A stretch of 64,000 nucleotides of DNA from Prochlorococcus sp. AG-347-L02 (lineage in GTDB: Bacteria; Cyanobacteriota; Cyanobacteriia; PCC-6307; Cyanobiaceae): the NCBI GenBank assembly GCA_003281255.1, contig QCCL01000007.1:648-64647 (forward strand), in the 5' to 3' direction. Shown in pieces: positions 1 to 11,400 of this stretch; within the stretch, counting starts at the first letter, position 1, and every line of letters starts with the position of its first letter. The notes beneath the pieces were generated by a model. The model did no database searches. It was not told the origin of the DNA and was given only the letters and a program-made list of their open reading frames with translations. A program made the position numbers and the translations under genes.

Positions 1-465
1 AAAATCCTATTAAGAAAAATACCACACGGATTATTTATTTGTGGTGTTAGAGACGAGGATAAAAATGAAGTGAATGGATTTACTGCAAGTTGGGTGACTC
101 AAGGTTCCTTCACCCCACCATTAGTTGTAATGGCTGTTAGAGCAGAGGGTTCAAGTCATGAAATAATAAAGTCCACCAATAAGTTCTCATTAAATGTGCT
201 CAAAAGTGATCAAAAGGATCTAGCTGCTGTTTTCTTTAAACCTCAAAAAGCATTAGGGGGTAGATTTGAATCTGTTGAATTTAATTTAGGTGAGCTTGGA
301 TTGCCTATTTTAGTTGATAGTGTTGGTGGAGTTGAATGTAATGTTGTTGGAAGTCTTATGCATGGAGACCACACCGTTTTTGTGGGAGAGGTTGAATCTG
401 CTTATCTGAATAATGATGTTGACTCACTAAATTTATCTTCAACTGGCTGGAATTATGGAGGGTAA
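1..465 (+). CDS. Flavin reductase-like (FMN-binding) domain protein, 5' end cut by window edge
   Basis: Frame 1 is open from nt 1 (KILLRKIPHGLFICGV... precedes the listed 70..465 ORF). GFTASWVTQGSFTPPLVVMAV and HTVFVGEVE fit the flavin reductase domain pattern. It may be stand-alone or the C-terminus of a larger flavoprotein. Confidence 0.6.
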   Translation, partial: KILLRKIPHGLFICGVRDEDKNEVNGFTASWVTQGSFTPPLVVMAVRAEGSSHEIIKSTNKFSLNVLKSDQKDLAAVFFKPQKALGGRFESVEFNLGELGLPILVDSVGGVECNVVGSLMHGDHTVFVGEVESAYLNNDVDSLNLSSTGWNYGG

Positions 466-474
466 TTATTATAA

Positions 475-2433
475 ATGAGTAATTCCTCTATCGAAAAAAT
501 AGATAACAAATATAATTTTAAAATTGAATATAAATTAATTAATAATAAGGAGTTATTAAAATCAAGATTATCCGAAATCCCAAAGTCATCTGGGTGTTAT
601 CTTTTTAAAGATATTGATAGTAACTTACTTTATATCGGTAAATCTAAAAAACTACGTAGTAGAGTAAGTAGTTATTTCAATAATTATTCAGATTTAACGC
701 CCAGATTAAGTTTGATGGTTCGTCAAATAACTGAAATAGAAATAATAGTCACAGATAGCGAATATGAAGCATTAAATTTAGAGTCAAATTTAATTAAAAC
801 AAACAAACCATACTTTAATATTCTTTTAAAGGATGATAAGAAATATCCATATCTTTGTATAACTTGGAGTGAAAAATATCCTCGAATATTTATTACAAGA
901 AGAAGAAGAAATAGAAATAATTTAGATAGATATTATGGACCTTATGTTGATGTCGGATTATTAAGGAGAACATTATTTACGATAAAAAAAATATTTCCAC
1001 TTAGACAAAGACCAAGGCCAGTCTATAAAGATAGAACTTGTTTGAATTATTCAATAGGAAGATGTCCAGGTGTATGCCAAGAAGTTATATCATCTGACGA
1101 TTATAAAAAAATAATGAAACAAGTATCTATGATATTTCAGGGAAGAAATGATGACTTAGAAATATTTTTACAAAAAAAAATGCTGCAGTTTTCAAATGAT
1201 TTAGATTATGAGAATGCAGCAAAAATAAGAGACCAAATTTCAGGTTTAAAATTATTAACTGAATCACAAAAAATATCAATACCAGATTCTTCAATTAATA
1301 GAGATATCTTTGGAATAGTTTCAGAAAAAAATGTAGCTAGTATACAAATTTTCCAAATGAGATCTGGTAAGCTCATTGGGAGAATTGGTTATAGTCAAAA
1401 ATTAAATAATGAAGATGAAAATCTCATTCTACAAAAGATATTAGAAGAGCATTATATGAATGTTGAAGCTGTAGAAATACCATCAGAAATTCTTATTCAA
1501 TATAACCTTCCAAAACAAGCAACCATAGAGGATTGGTTAACGGATCTAAGAAAAAAGAAAGTAAAAATCTTAATCCCAAAAAGAAATAAAAAACATGAAA
1601 CTGTAGAAATGGTTTTAAAAAATGCGAAATTGGAATTAGATAGAATAATAAATGGGATACAAGATAATGAATCATCAATTGAGGATCTTGCCCAAATACT
1701 TGAATTAAGCGAACAACCTAAAAGAATTGAAGGTTATGATATAAGCCATATTCAAGGTAGTGACCCTGTAGCATCACAAGTCGTTTTTATTGATGGGATT
1801 CCTTCTAAACAGCATTATAGGAAATATAAAATTAAAGATCCAAACGTTGTTGTAGGACATAGTGATGATTTTGCTTCGATATATGAAGTAATACATAGAA
1901 GGTTTAAAAAATGGTCAAGATTTAAAGAAAACGGAGGGGATTTTTCAATATTAAATGATAATACGAATAGTAAATTAGATAATGAACTTCTATCAGATTG
2001 GCCTGATTTAATAATGATTGATGGAGGAAAAGGACAGTTAAATGCAGCTATTAAAGCATTAAAAAAATTAAATCTTGAGGAAGAAGTAACTATATGTTCA
2101 TTAGCAAAAAAACATGAAGAAATATTTATTCCAGGCTTTACTAAGTCTCTTGATACTGACGAAAATCAAAAAGGAGTTCTTCTATTAAGAAGGGTAAGAG
2201 ATGAAGCACATAGATTTGCATTATCTTTTCATAGAGACAAAAGATCTAAGAGAATGAATAGATCTCAATTGTCCCAAATCAGTGGATTAGGACCATCAAG
2301 AATAAGAGAATTGCTTGAGCATTTTAAATCAATAGACGCGATAAGAATAGCCAGTAAAGAGGATTTATCAAAAGTTAAAGGACTTGGAAAAAATTCAGTA
2401 AATGATATATATGAATATTTTAACGAGTTATAA
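475..2433 (+). CDS. uvrC: Excinuclease ABC subunit C
   Basis: 652 aa. N-terminal GIY-YIG block (GCYLFKD...LYIGKSKKLRSRVSSYF), central UvrC region, C-terminal helix-hairpin-helix (GLGPSRIRELLEHF...GLGKNSV). Confidence 0.95.
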   Translation: MSNSSIEKIDNKYNFKIEYKLINNKELLKSRLSEIPKSSGCYLFKDIDSNLLYIGKSKKLRSRVSSYFNNYSDLTPRLSLMVRQITEIEIIVTDSEYEALNLESNLIKTNKPYFNILLKDDKKYPYLCITWSEKYPRIFITRRRRNRNNLDRYYGPYVDVGLLRRTLFTIKKIFPLRQRPRPVYKDRTCLNYSIGRCPGVCQEVISSDDYKKIMKQVSMIFQGRNDDLEIFLQKKMLQFSNDLDYENAAKIRDQISGLKLLTESQKISIPDSSINRDIFGIVSEKNVASIQIFQMRSGKLIGRIGYSQKLNNEDENLILQKILEEHYMNVEAVEIPSEILIQYNLPKQATIEDWLTDLRKKKVKILIPKRNKKHETVEMVLKNAKLELDRIINGIQDNESSIEDLAQILELSEQPKRIEGYDISHIQGSDPVASQVVFIDGIPSKQHYRKYKIKDPNVVVGHSDDFASIYEVIHRRFKKWSRFKENGGDFSILNDNTNSKLDNELLSDWPDLIMIDGGKGQLNAAIKALKKLNLEEEVTICSLAKKHEEIFIPGFTKSLDTDENQKGVLLLRRVRDEAHRFALSFHRDKRSKRMNRSQLSQISGLGPSRIRELLEHFKSIDAIRIASKEDLSKVKGLGKNSVNDIYEYFNEL

Positions 2434-2521
2434 ATATTAATTAATTTTTGAAAAATAGATTTCTTGATATTGTTAAATATAACTATATTAAAAATATATA
2501 TTTTTAAATTAATCTAGTAAT

Positions 2522-3088
2522 TTGGCAGCTGAAGCATATCTCTGGTTTAAATCACTTCACATTATTGGTGTAATCGTTTGGTTTGCGGGCCTTTTTTATT
2601 TAGTAAGACTTTTTATATATCATGAAGAATCTAAAAATATGGATAATGAATTAAAAATTGCCTTTAATAAACAATACACCTTGATGGAAAAAAGGCTGGC
2701 GAATATAATCACAACACCTGGGATGATATTAGCTTTAAGTATGGCTATATGCATGGTAATCATGCAACCAAGTTGGTTAAGTGAGAAGTGGTTACAAATT
2801 AAAATTTCTTTTGTTTTAGGATTAGTAATTTATCATTCTTACTGTTACAAAATAATGTATTCATTACAAAATGGTACTTCAACCATTTCAGCAAAAAACC
2901 TTAGATTATTAAATGAATTGCCTACTTTATTATTATTTATAATTGTACTTTTAGTTATTTTTAAAAATAATTTTCCAACTAGTTTTGCTACATGGAGCGT
3001 AGTTGGACTAATTATTTTCATGTTGGCTTCAATACAATTATATGCAAAGATTAGAAAGAAAAATGAGAATTCATTAAGTAATGAATAG
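2522..3088 (+). CDS. hemJ: HemJ-type protoporphyrinogen IX oxidase (UPF0093 membrane protein)
   Basis: 188 aa multi-TM protein. N-terminus WFKSLHIIGVIVWFAGLFYLVRLFIYH matches the HemJ signature as I remember it. TTG start. Confidence 0.75.
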   Translation: MAAEAYLWFKSLHIIGVIVWFAGLFYLVRLFIYHEESKNMDNELKIAFNKQYTLMEKRLANIITTPGMILALSMAICMVIMQPSWLSEKWLQIKISFVLGLVIYHSYCYKIMYSLQNGTSTISAKNLRLLNELPTLLLFIIVLLVIFKNNFPTSFATWSVVGLIIFMLASIQLYAKIRKKNENSLSNE

Positions 3089-3728
3089 GGAAGACTTAGT
3101 AAAATTAACCTCCAAAATTAATAAAAATAGTTGTCCTAAAAATATTAATTTTCACTGTCATACAAAATTTAGTGATGGAAGTCTAGAACCATATGAACTT
3201 TTAGAACAAGCTTATAAAAATAACTTGAAATTTTTATCAATAACCGATCATCATACAATTAAAGCTCATGAATATATAAAAAAAAATAATATACTCAAAA
3301 ATTATCCTAAAGATTCTTTTACATTAATTTCGGGAATAGAAATTAATTGTTTGATTCTAGGATGTTTAGTACATGTAATTGGATTGGGAATAGATATAAA
3401 AAGTAAATACCTAAATCCCTACATCCTTGGAGAGTCTCCAATAGGTAATGATTTAAATATTAAATCAGTTATTAAAGCAATAAATTTAGCTGGTGGTTTA
3501 TCATTTCTTGCACACCCAGCGAGATACAGGATTCCCTTTTATAAATTAATTCCAGAGGCCAAAATACAAGGTATTGATGGAATAGAGGTTTGGTACGATT
3601 ATGAACTTAATGAAGTATGGAATCCTAGTTTATTTGTTTGTTCAGAAATAGATAAATTAGCAGATAAATATTCAATGCTAAAAACATGCGGAACAGATAG
3701 TCATGGACTTTCGCTGTTAGGTAGATAA
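3081..3728 (+). CDS. PHP-domain metal-dependent phosphoesterase
   Basis: 215 aa. NFHCHTKFSDGS, ITDHHT, LAHPARY and GTDSHG are PHP-domain metal-ligand blocks. The start overlaps the hemJ stop by 8 nt. Confidence 0.7.
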   Translation: MNREDLVKLTSKINKNSCPKNINFHCHTKFSDGSLEPYELLEQAYKNNLKFLSITDHHTIKAHEYIKKNNILKNYPKDSFTLISGIEINCLILGCLVHVIGLGIDIKSKYLNPYILGESPIGNDLNIKSVIKAINLAGGLSFLAHPARYRIPFYKLIPEAKIQGIDGIEVWYDYELNEVWNPSLFVCSEIDKLADKYSMLKTCGTDSHGLSLLGR

Positions 3729-3729
3729 T

Positions 3730-6700
3730 TCAGAATTCGTTTTTTTCAATTATTGAATCAGTATTAATAATAATGTTCTTTAAATTTTCAATGACATCTG
3801 ATGAACAATTATTCCACATTTTTCTATTGACAATTTCAAGTAATCTTTGTGCAATATCTCTTAAAGCCCATGGATTATTCTCTAGAAAGAAATTCCTAAG
3901 ATCTAGATCACATAACCATGATTTATAAACTTCCTCATAACACCAATCTGAGACTACTTCAGTAGAAGCATCAAAAGCATATAAGTAATCTAGTGTAGCT
4001 GAAAATTCAAACGCTCCTTTATAACCATTATCCTTCATTCCATTTATCCATTTAGGGTTAAGTATTCTTGATATAACAACTTTATTAATTTCATCTTGTA
4101 ATTTTGAAATTTTAGATAATCCAAATTTTGATAAATCACCATGATACATTTCAGGTAATTTACCGCTCAATTTTTTTACTGCTGAAGATAATCCACCCTG
4201 GAACTGATAATAATCATCAGAATCTAAAATATCATGTTCCTTATTATCTTGGTTATGAACAACTAACTGAACATTTTTAAGAGCATTTTCTAATGATTTT
4301 TTATCCTCTATAGGTTCATGATTATCACTGTAAATCCACTTACTCCAATTAAGAAAAGATTCTCCAAAATCATCAATATTTTCCCAATTAGAATTTGAAA
4401 TTAGTTCTTGCAGACCAGCTCCATATGAACCTGGCGCTGACCCAAATATACGATTAATTGAATCACCATCCCTTGATGCCTCAGCAAGAGGGTTAAATTT
4501 ATCATCCTCATTAAGATTAGAAACAAGATTTATTGCTTTAGAAGTTAATTTAACTAACTGTGGAAATGCATCTCTAAACATTCCCGAAATCCTTAAAGTA
4601 ACATCAACCCTTGGTCTTTCGAGAACAGATAAAGGAATGATTTCTAGATCTACTACTCTTCTTGAAGGCCCATCCCAAATAGGCTGTACTCCTAATAAAT
4701 ATAGTATTTGACAAATGTCTTCACCACCATTTCTCATTGTGGATGTTGCCCATACAGATATTGCTATATTTTTTAAATCTTCTCCATTATCTTGTTTGTA
4801 TAAATTAAGTATTTGTGAAGCGGATTGACAACCAACACTCCATGCTGATTCAGTTGGCAGTCCTCTCGAATCAACTGAAAAGAAATTTTTACCAGTGGGT
4901 AAAGCTTCAGTTTTACCTCTCGTAGGGGCTCCAGATGGACCACTTTTTACATATTGTCCATTTAATGAATTAATAAATGATAATTTCTCATTATATGAAG
5001 AATTAATGATTGGATATAGAATCTCTTTTTTTAATAATAAAAAATACTTATTATGTTTTTTTTCATTAAAGAAATAGTCTATTATTTTCTGATTTTTATA
5101 TTTTTCTAGATTTTTTATATTGGTATTCTTTTTGTAAAAAAACAAATATATTAAATACTTTGCTTGTTGTTCCAAAAAATCAATAGCCATTCTAAACTTT
5201 AAAATGTTTTTGTTGGAAAAAGTCAATAATATTTTTTTATCCTTTTCACTTAACTTTTGATCATATTTATTTGTCCAAGGATCCAAATCTAGTTTTAAAT
5301 GTTTTGCTATATATTGAACTATCCCAATTCGATTAGCATTTGGCACTCTAGCGATACACAAGAATAAATTTATTTCATTAATTTCATTCTGCCTATTACC
5401 AAAAATATGCAAACCTGTCCTAATTTGAGATTCTTTAATTTTGCAAAGAAAAGAATCAATCTCTTCAATTTGATTATTTTTATTATTTAAAGTGATTTCG
5501 TTAAAATCTTTTTTAATTAATTCAAAAATGGATTTTTCTATAATTTCAATCCTATTAGAATCTAATAATTTTGCTTCAAAATATTCGTCTAAATAATTTT
5601 CTAATATTGAATATTTTCCATATAATTCTGACCTATCTAAAGGAGGGGTTAAATGATCAATAATTGTTGCGGCAGTTCTTCTTTTAGCTTGGGATCCTTC
5701 TCCTGGATCATTTACGATAAAAGGATATATGTTTGGTATTGCTGGACAAATAATATTTGGAAAACATTTATTACTTAGACCTATAGATTTGCCAGGTAAC
5801 CATTCAACAGTCCCATGTTTACCAATATGGCAAATAGCATTTGCATTAAAAACTTTTTCAATCCAAAAATATTGTGCTAAATATCTATGAGGAGGTGGAA
5901 GATCGGGAGAATGAATATCTCTATCAGTGAAAGCGTCATAACCTCGTTGAGGTTGAATCAATAAAGTTATTTTTCCAAATCTAATACCATTTATTGAGAA
6001 GCCTTCATTATCAAGATCAATCGCTTCTGATGGTTTGCCCCAACGGTTAATAATAATATTTTTTGGTTCAAGTTCTAAATAATTCCAATATTTTAAATAT
6101 TCACGAAGTGGTAAGTAATCTAAAGGTTTATTATTTTGAGATTCAAGATCATTAGTTCTAGTTTTTATAAGTATTGACATTAATTCCGAAGAATCTTGAG
6201 GATAATTAAAAGATCCAAGATCATAACCTTCTTCTTTTAACCAGTTAAGAATATTTATTATCGAAGATGGTGTATTAAGACCAACACCATTACCGATTCT
6301 TCCATTCTTTACTGGATAATTACTTATTATTAAACAAATTTTTTTATCAAAATTATTAAGTTTTTGAAGTTTCACATAATTTTTTGCGAATTTTGAAATC
6401 CATTTAATACCTACTTGATCAGCTTTGTAACTGGTTATTTCACTGTAGAGTGTATTTTTTTCAGAAATTATTTCTTTAAATGCTGAAGGACAGGTAGTAA
6501 TCCTTCCATCAAATTCAGGAATAATTATTTGCATTAATAAATCAGATGAATTCATTCCAATGGATGAATTTAACCAAATTTTTCTTGATCTATTAGAAGA
6601 AAGAAGCTGTAAAATTGGAATTTTGAGAGAAGTAAAAATATTTGTAGAATTTTCAATTAATTCGTTATTTTTGATTTGAGATGAAGAAAATGAAGTTGTG

Positions 6701-7467
6701 GTAATTATTAATTTAATATCTTCCTTTTTAAAAATATCTATTAATTTCTTTTGAATAATATGATCTTTTAGTGTGGAAATAAATAACGTTTTAGGCGATA
6801 GTCCGCATCTTCGTAACTGCAAGTTAAGTTTTTCGTTTACTTCAATTTCATTAGCCAAAAAAAGTGATTTATAAGATATTATTCCTATCTTTTCGCCTTT
6901 TTCAATTTTCCAATCATATAAATAAGGATCTGCATAAAAACTAATATTCAAAAACTCATCAGGAATTAATGTTTCATTTACCTTTAGATAATTTAAACTA
7001 TTAAGAAATTTTCTATAATTGTCCATTCCTCCCGATCTTAGTAATCTAGAAATATTTAATGCAATATTTTTATCTATACTACTTATTTCACTTAAGGAAA
7101 CTTCCTGATCAACAGTACCTGATAGGATTAGTAACTTCCTTTTATTATTGACTGCTTGCCAATTTAAAAGTTGTTCAATTCCATAGTTCCATGTACCTTT
7201 ATCTCCAAAAATTCTTAGTATGACAACTTTTGCATAATTAATTGTTTTTAATAAATAATTATCTATTTGAGCTGAGGAATTTAAATTAGAAATTTCTAAA
7301 GCTCTTATATTATTTTTTAATGAAGCAAATTCCTTTTCTAACAATAAGTTTGATATGAGATTTAAATCAGCTTTGACACTTGTTATAAAAATAAAATCTG
7401 CCGTTGGTTGCTCAATTAAATCATCCTTATTCTTTTCATTTCCTGCTATATTTAATATCCTGTGCAT
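3730..7467 (-). CDS. cobN: Cobaltochelatase large subunit CobN
   Basis: 1245 aa CobN/Mg-chelatase H family (GKHGTVEWLPGK, DSDDYYQFQGG blocks). It is paralogous to, but clearly distinct from, the ChlH copy at 52109. The CobN assignment is partly by exclusion. Confidence 0.85.
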   Translation of the reverse strand: MHRILNIAGNEKNKDDLIEQPTADFIFITSVKADLNLISNLLLEKEFASLKNNIRALEISNLNSSAQIDNYLLKTINYAKVVILRIFGDKGTWNYGIEQLLNWQAVNNKRKLLILSGTVDQEVSLSEISSIDKNIALNISRLLRSGGMDNYRKFLNSLNYLKVNETLIPDEFLNISFYADPYLYDWKIEKGEKIGIISYKSLFLANEIEVNEKLNLQLRRCGLSPKTLFISTLKDHIIQKKLIDIFKKEDIKLIITTTSFSSSQIKNNELIENSTNIFTSLKIPILQLLSSNRSRKIWLNSSIGMNSSDLLMQIIIPEFDGRITTCPSAFKEIISEKNTLYSEITSYKADQVGIKWISKFAKNYVKLQKLNNFDKKICLIISNYPVKNGRIGNGVGLNTPSSIINILNWLKEEGYDLGSFNYPQDSSELMSILIKTRTNDLESQNNKPLDYLPLREYLKYWNYLELEPKNIIINRWGKPSEAIDLDNEGFSINGIRFGKITLLIQPQRGYDAFTDRDIHSPDLPPPHRYLAQYFWIEKVFNANAICHIGKHGTVEWLPGKSIGLSNKCFPNIICPAIPNIYPFIVNDPGEGSQAKRRTAATIIDHLTPPLDRSELYGKYSILENYLDEYFEAKLLDSNRIEIIEKSIFELIKKDFNEITLNNKNNQIEEIDSFLCKIKESQIRTGLHIFGNRQNEINEINLFLCIARVPNANRIGIVQYIAKHLKLDLDPWTNKYDQKLSEKDKKILLTFSNKNILKFRMAIDFLEQQAKYLIYLFFYKKNTNIKNLEKYKNQKIIDYFFNEKKHNKYFLLLKKEILYPIINSSYNEKLSFINSLNGQYVKSGPSGAPTRGKTEALPTGKNFFSVDSRGLPTESAWSVGCQSASQILNLYKQDNGEDLKNIAISVWATSTMRNGGEDICQILYLLGVQPIWDGPSRRVVDLEIIPLSVLERPRVDVTLRISGMFRDAFPQLVKLTSKAINLVSNLNEDDKFNPLAEASRDGDSINRIFGSAPGSYGAGLQELISNSNWENIDDFGESFLNWSKWIYSDNHEPIEDKKSLENALKNVQLVVHNQDNKEHDILDSDDYYQFQGGLSSAVKKLSGKLPEMYHGDLSKFGLSKISKLQDEINKVVISRILNPKWINGMKDNGYKGAFEFSATLDYLYAFDASTEVVSDWCYEEVYKSWLCDLDLRNFFLENNPWALRDIAQRLLEIVNRKMWNNCSSDVIENLKNIIINTDSIIEKNEF

Positions 7468-7533
7468 TTTTATATATGTATAAGGTTTAGAATACGTAAG
7501 TAGGATAAAACAAGTTTACCTTAATTAAATAAA

Positions 7534-8454
7534 TTGAATATGCATGAATTTCTTCCATACGCCTGGTTCGAAGGTAAATGTATTCCATTTAAAGAAGCAA
7601 AAATATCTATAGCTACTCATGCACTACATTATGGTACTGCTGCATTTGGAGGAATGCGAGCAATACCTAACCCTACAAATAAAGAAGAATTCCTTTTATT
7701 TAGAACTGATAAACACATAAAAAGATTATCTCAAAGTGCAAAATTACTCTTAACTGATATTTCTGAAGAATATATTTTTAAAGCCTTAGAGGAAGTTATA
7801 AAAAGAAATAAGCCAGAAAAACCTATTTATATTAGACCATTCGTATATACAAGCGATTTAGGTATAGCTCCAAGGTTACACAATATTGAAACAGATTTCT
7901 TTATGTATTGTATTGAACTAGGAGATTATCTATCCCCAGATGGAGTTTCTTGTAGAATGAGTAGTTGGACTAGACAAGAAGATAGATCTCTCCCATTAAG
8001 AGGAAAAATAAGTGGGGCTTATATAACTAGTTCTTTAGCTAAAACAGAAGCTAGTTTATCGGGCTTTGATGAAGCCTTGTTATTAAATTCAAGTGGTAAG
8101 GTAAGCGAAGCTAGTGGTATGAATTTATTTATTGTAAGAAATGGAGACTTAATCACTCCTGGTGTTGATCAAGATATCCTTGAGGGGATTACTAGAGCTA
8201 GTGTAATTGAATTAGCAAAATCTTTTGGAATAAATGTAATTGAAAGGCCTGTTGATAAAACAGAATTATTAATAGCAGATGAAGTTTTTCTAACTGGTAC
8301 AGCAGCAAAAATTACACCAGTTAAAAAAATTGAATCAAGTGAATTAAATGGTGAAAGACCAATAATGAATAAATTAAAAAGTAAGCTTATAGAAATAACA
8401 GAAGGTCGTTCTCAAGACTATGATAATTGGGTAACAAGAATTTCACTAAAATAA
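7534..8454 (+). CDS. ilvE: Branched-chain amino acid aminotransferase
   Basis: 306 aa class IV aminotransferase pattern (FEGxxA region, ILEGITRASVIELA). The real start may be the ATG at 7540. Confidence 0.9.
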   Translation: MNMHEFLPYAWFEGKCIPFKEAKISIATHALHYGTAAFGGMRAIPNPTNKEEFLLFRTDKHIKRLSQSAKLLLTDISEEYIFKALEEVIKRNKPEKPIYIRPFVYTSDLGIAPRLHNIETDFFMYCIELGDYLSPDGVSCRMSSWTRQEDRSLPLRGKISGAYITSSLAKTEASLSGFDEALLLNSSGKVSEASGMNLFIVRNGDLITPGVDQDILEGITRASVIELAKSFGINVIERPVDKTELLIADEVFLTGTAAKITPVKKIESSELNGERPIMNKLKSKLIEITEGRSQDYDNWVTRISLK

Positions 8455-8472
8455 ATTAATTTTTATCTAAAA

Positions 8473-11400
8473 ATGGAATCTTTCAGAAACTATCTAAATA
8501 GAGATGAAAAACCATTAATTATTTTTGACGGAGGTACTGGAACATCTTTTCAGAACTTAAATCTTAATGCAGATGACTTTGGAGGAAAAGAATTAGAGGG
8601 ATGTAATGAGAACCTTGTTTTATCATCGCCAGAGGTAGTTGAGAAGGTTCATAATTCATTTTTAGAAGCAGGTTGTCATGTTATAGAAACAAATACATTT
8701 GGAGCCTCATCAATAGTTCTTGATGAATATGATATTGCGGATAAGGCTTATGAGATAAATAAAAATGCGGCATTTATAGCAAAAAAAGCTGCTGCCAAAT
8801 ACTCATCAGTTGATAAACCAAGGTTTGTAGCAGGTTCAATTGGGCCAACAACTAAATTACCCACCTTAGGACATATAGATTTTGATGAATTAAAGCAAAC
8901 ATATAAAGAACAAATTTATGGTCTTATAGATGGAGGAGTTGATCTTCTTTTGATTGAAACTTGTCAGGATGTTTTACAAATTAAATCTGCCTTATTAGCA
9001 TCAAAAGAAATTCTTGAAAGTAAAAATATAGATATCCCTTTAATGGTATCTATAACAATGGAAACAACAGGTACTATGCTTGTTGGATCTGATATTGCAT
9101 CTGCATTAACAATATTAGAGCCATTTAATATAGATATCCTTGGACTTAATTGTGCAACTGGTCCAGAGCAAATGAAGGAACATATTAAATATTTGTCTGA
9201 AAATTCTCCTTTCGCTATAAGCTGTATTCCCAATGCAGGTCTTCCCGAAAATATAGGTGGTGTAGCTCACTATAGATTAAAGCCAATAGAATTAAAGATG
9301 CAGTTAATGAATTTTATATATGACTTTAATGTTCAATTAATAGGTGGATGTTGTGGGACAACACCTGAACATATAAAATACCTGTCTTCAATAATCGATG
9401 AAATTATTGATAATGAAAGGACTAACAACAATGGTAAGAAAAATTCAAGCGGTTTTATTCCATCTGCCTCATCAATATATAACTCTGTGCCATACAAACA
9501 AGACAATTCAATTTTGATAGTAGGAGAAAGATTAAATGCAAGTGGATCGAAAAAGGTAAGGGAGTTATTAAATAACGACGATTGGGATGGCCTAGTTGCA
9601 ATTGCCAAGCAACAACAAAAAGAAAATGCTCACGTTCTTGATGTAAATGTCGATTATGTAGGAAGAGACGGGGTGAAAGATATGAATGAAATAACTTCAA
9701 GATTAGTTACCAATATAAATTTACCATTAATGATTGACTCTACAGATGCTGACAAAATGGAAAGTGGATTAAAGTCAGCTGGTGGTAAATGTATTATAAA
9801 TTCAACCAATTACGAAGACGGCAATGAAAGGTTTGATCAAGTACTAAATTTAGCTTTAGGGTATGGTTCAGGTCTTGTTGTCGGAACAATTGATGAAGAT
9901 GGAATGGCAAGGAATGCAGAAAAAAAATATAAGATTGTCAAGCGAGCGATTAATAGAACTAGAGAATGTGGTTTGTCAGATTATGAGCTATTTTTTGATC
10001 CATTAGCTCTGCCAATATCTACAGGGATAGAAGAAGATAGATTAAACGCTAAAGAAACTATTAGTGCTATATTAAAAATTCGTGAAAATTTCCCAGATAT
10101 TCATATCATACTTGGGATATCAAACATTAGTTTTGGTCTTTCACCATTATCAAGAATTAATCTAAATTCAATATTTTTAGATGAATGCATTAAAGCAGGA
10201 TTAGATTCTGCTATCATCGCACCAAACAAAATTTTGCCATTATCAAAAATTTCTGAAGAAACTAAAAAGCTTTGCTTAGATTTGATTTATGATAAAAGAG
10301 AATTTGAAGATGATATTTGTATTTATGATCCATTAGTAGAATTAACAAAGGCTTTTCAAGATTTATCTATTCAAGATTTCAAAAAAGCTTCTTCAGAAAA
10401 TAAAAACCTAACTCTTGAAGAAAGTCTGAAAAATCATATTATTGATGGAGAAAAAATAGGATTAGAGGATCAATTAAATAAAGCGTTAAAAAAATATAAA
10501 CCTCTTGAAATAATTAATACCTTTTTACTAGATGGGATGAAAGTTGTAGGAGATTTATTTGGCTCAGGTCAAATGCAATTGCCATTTGTACTCCAATCCG
10601 CTGAAACAATGAAATTTGCTGTTTCAATTTTAGAACCATATATGGAAACTGTAGATGAAAAAATATCAAATGGAAAACTCTTAATTGCAACTGTCAAAGG
10701 CGATGTTCATGATATTGGAAAAAATTTGGTAGACATAATACTTACAAATAATGGTTTTGACGTAATAAATCTTGGAATAAAGCAAGATGTTTCAGCAATT
10801 ATAGATGCTCAAAAAAAGCACAATGCAGATTGCATCGCTATGAGCGGATTACTTGTTAAATCAACTGCTTTTATGAAAGATAATTTAGAGGCTTTTAACA
10901 ATGAAAATATTAGTGTACCAGTAATATTAGGAGGTGCTGCCTTAACCCCAAAATTTGTAAATGAGGACTGCAGCAAAATATATAAAGGGAAAATATTGTA
11001 CGGAAAAGATGCGTTCACTGATCTTAAGTTCATGAATGAATATATGGATAATAAGAAAAAGGGTAATTGGTCAAATACAGAGGGTTTCATTAACAATGAG
11101 GGTATAAATATTAATTTAGCTTCATCAAAAGCCAACTCTCAAGCTGTTAAAAAATCAATATCCATAAATACCGAGACTTCCATATTAAATTTAAAAGAAA
11201 AGTTTATAAGATCTAAATTTATAAATGAAGAAGATCCAATTCAAGCCCCTTTCTTGGGAACGAAAGTCTTGAACGATGTTGATATAGATTTAAATAAGTT
11301 AATATTTTATTTAGATACAAAAGCTCTATTTAGCGGGCAATGGCAAATAAAAAAAGGAAAAAACCAAAGCGTAGATGAATACAATAACTATTTGGATTCA

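Noticed and set aside
7478-7495. GTA...TAC element in the cobN/ilvE divergent spacer, which looked like an NtcA site.
   Set aside because: The spacer is 12 nt (GTA-N12-TAC). The NtcA consensus is GTA-N8-TAC.
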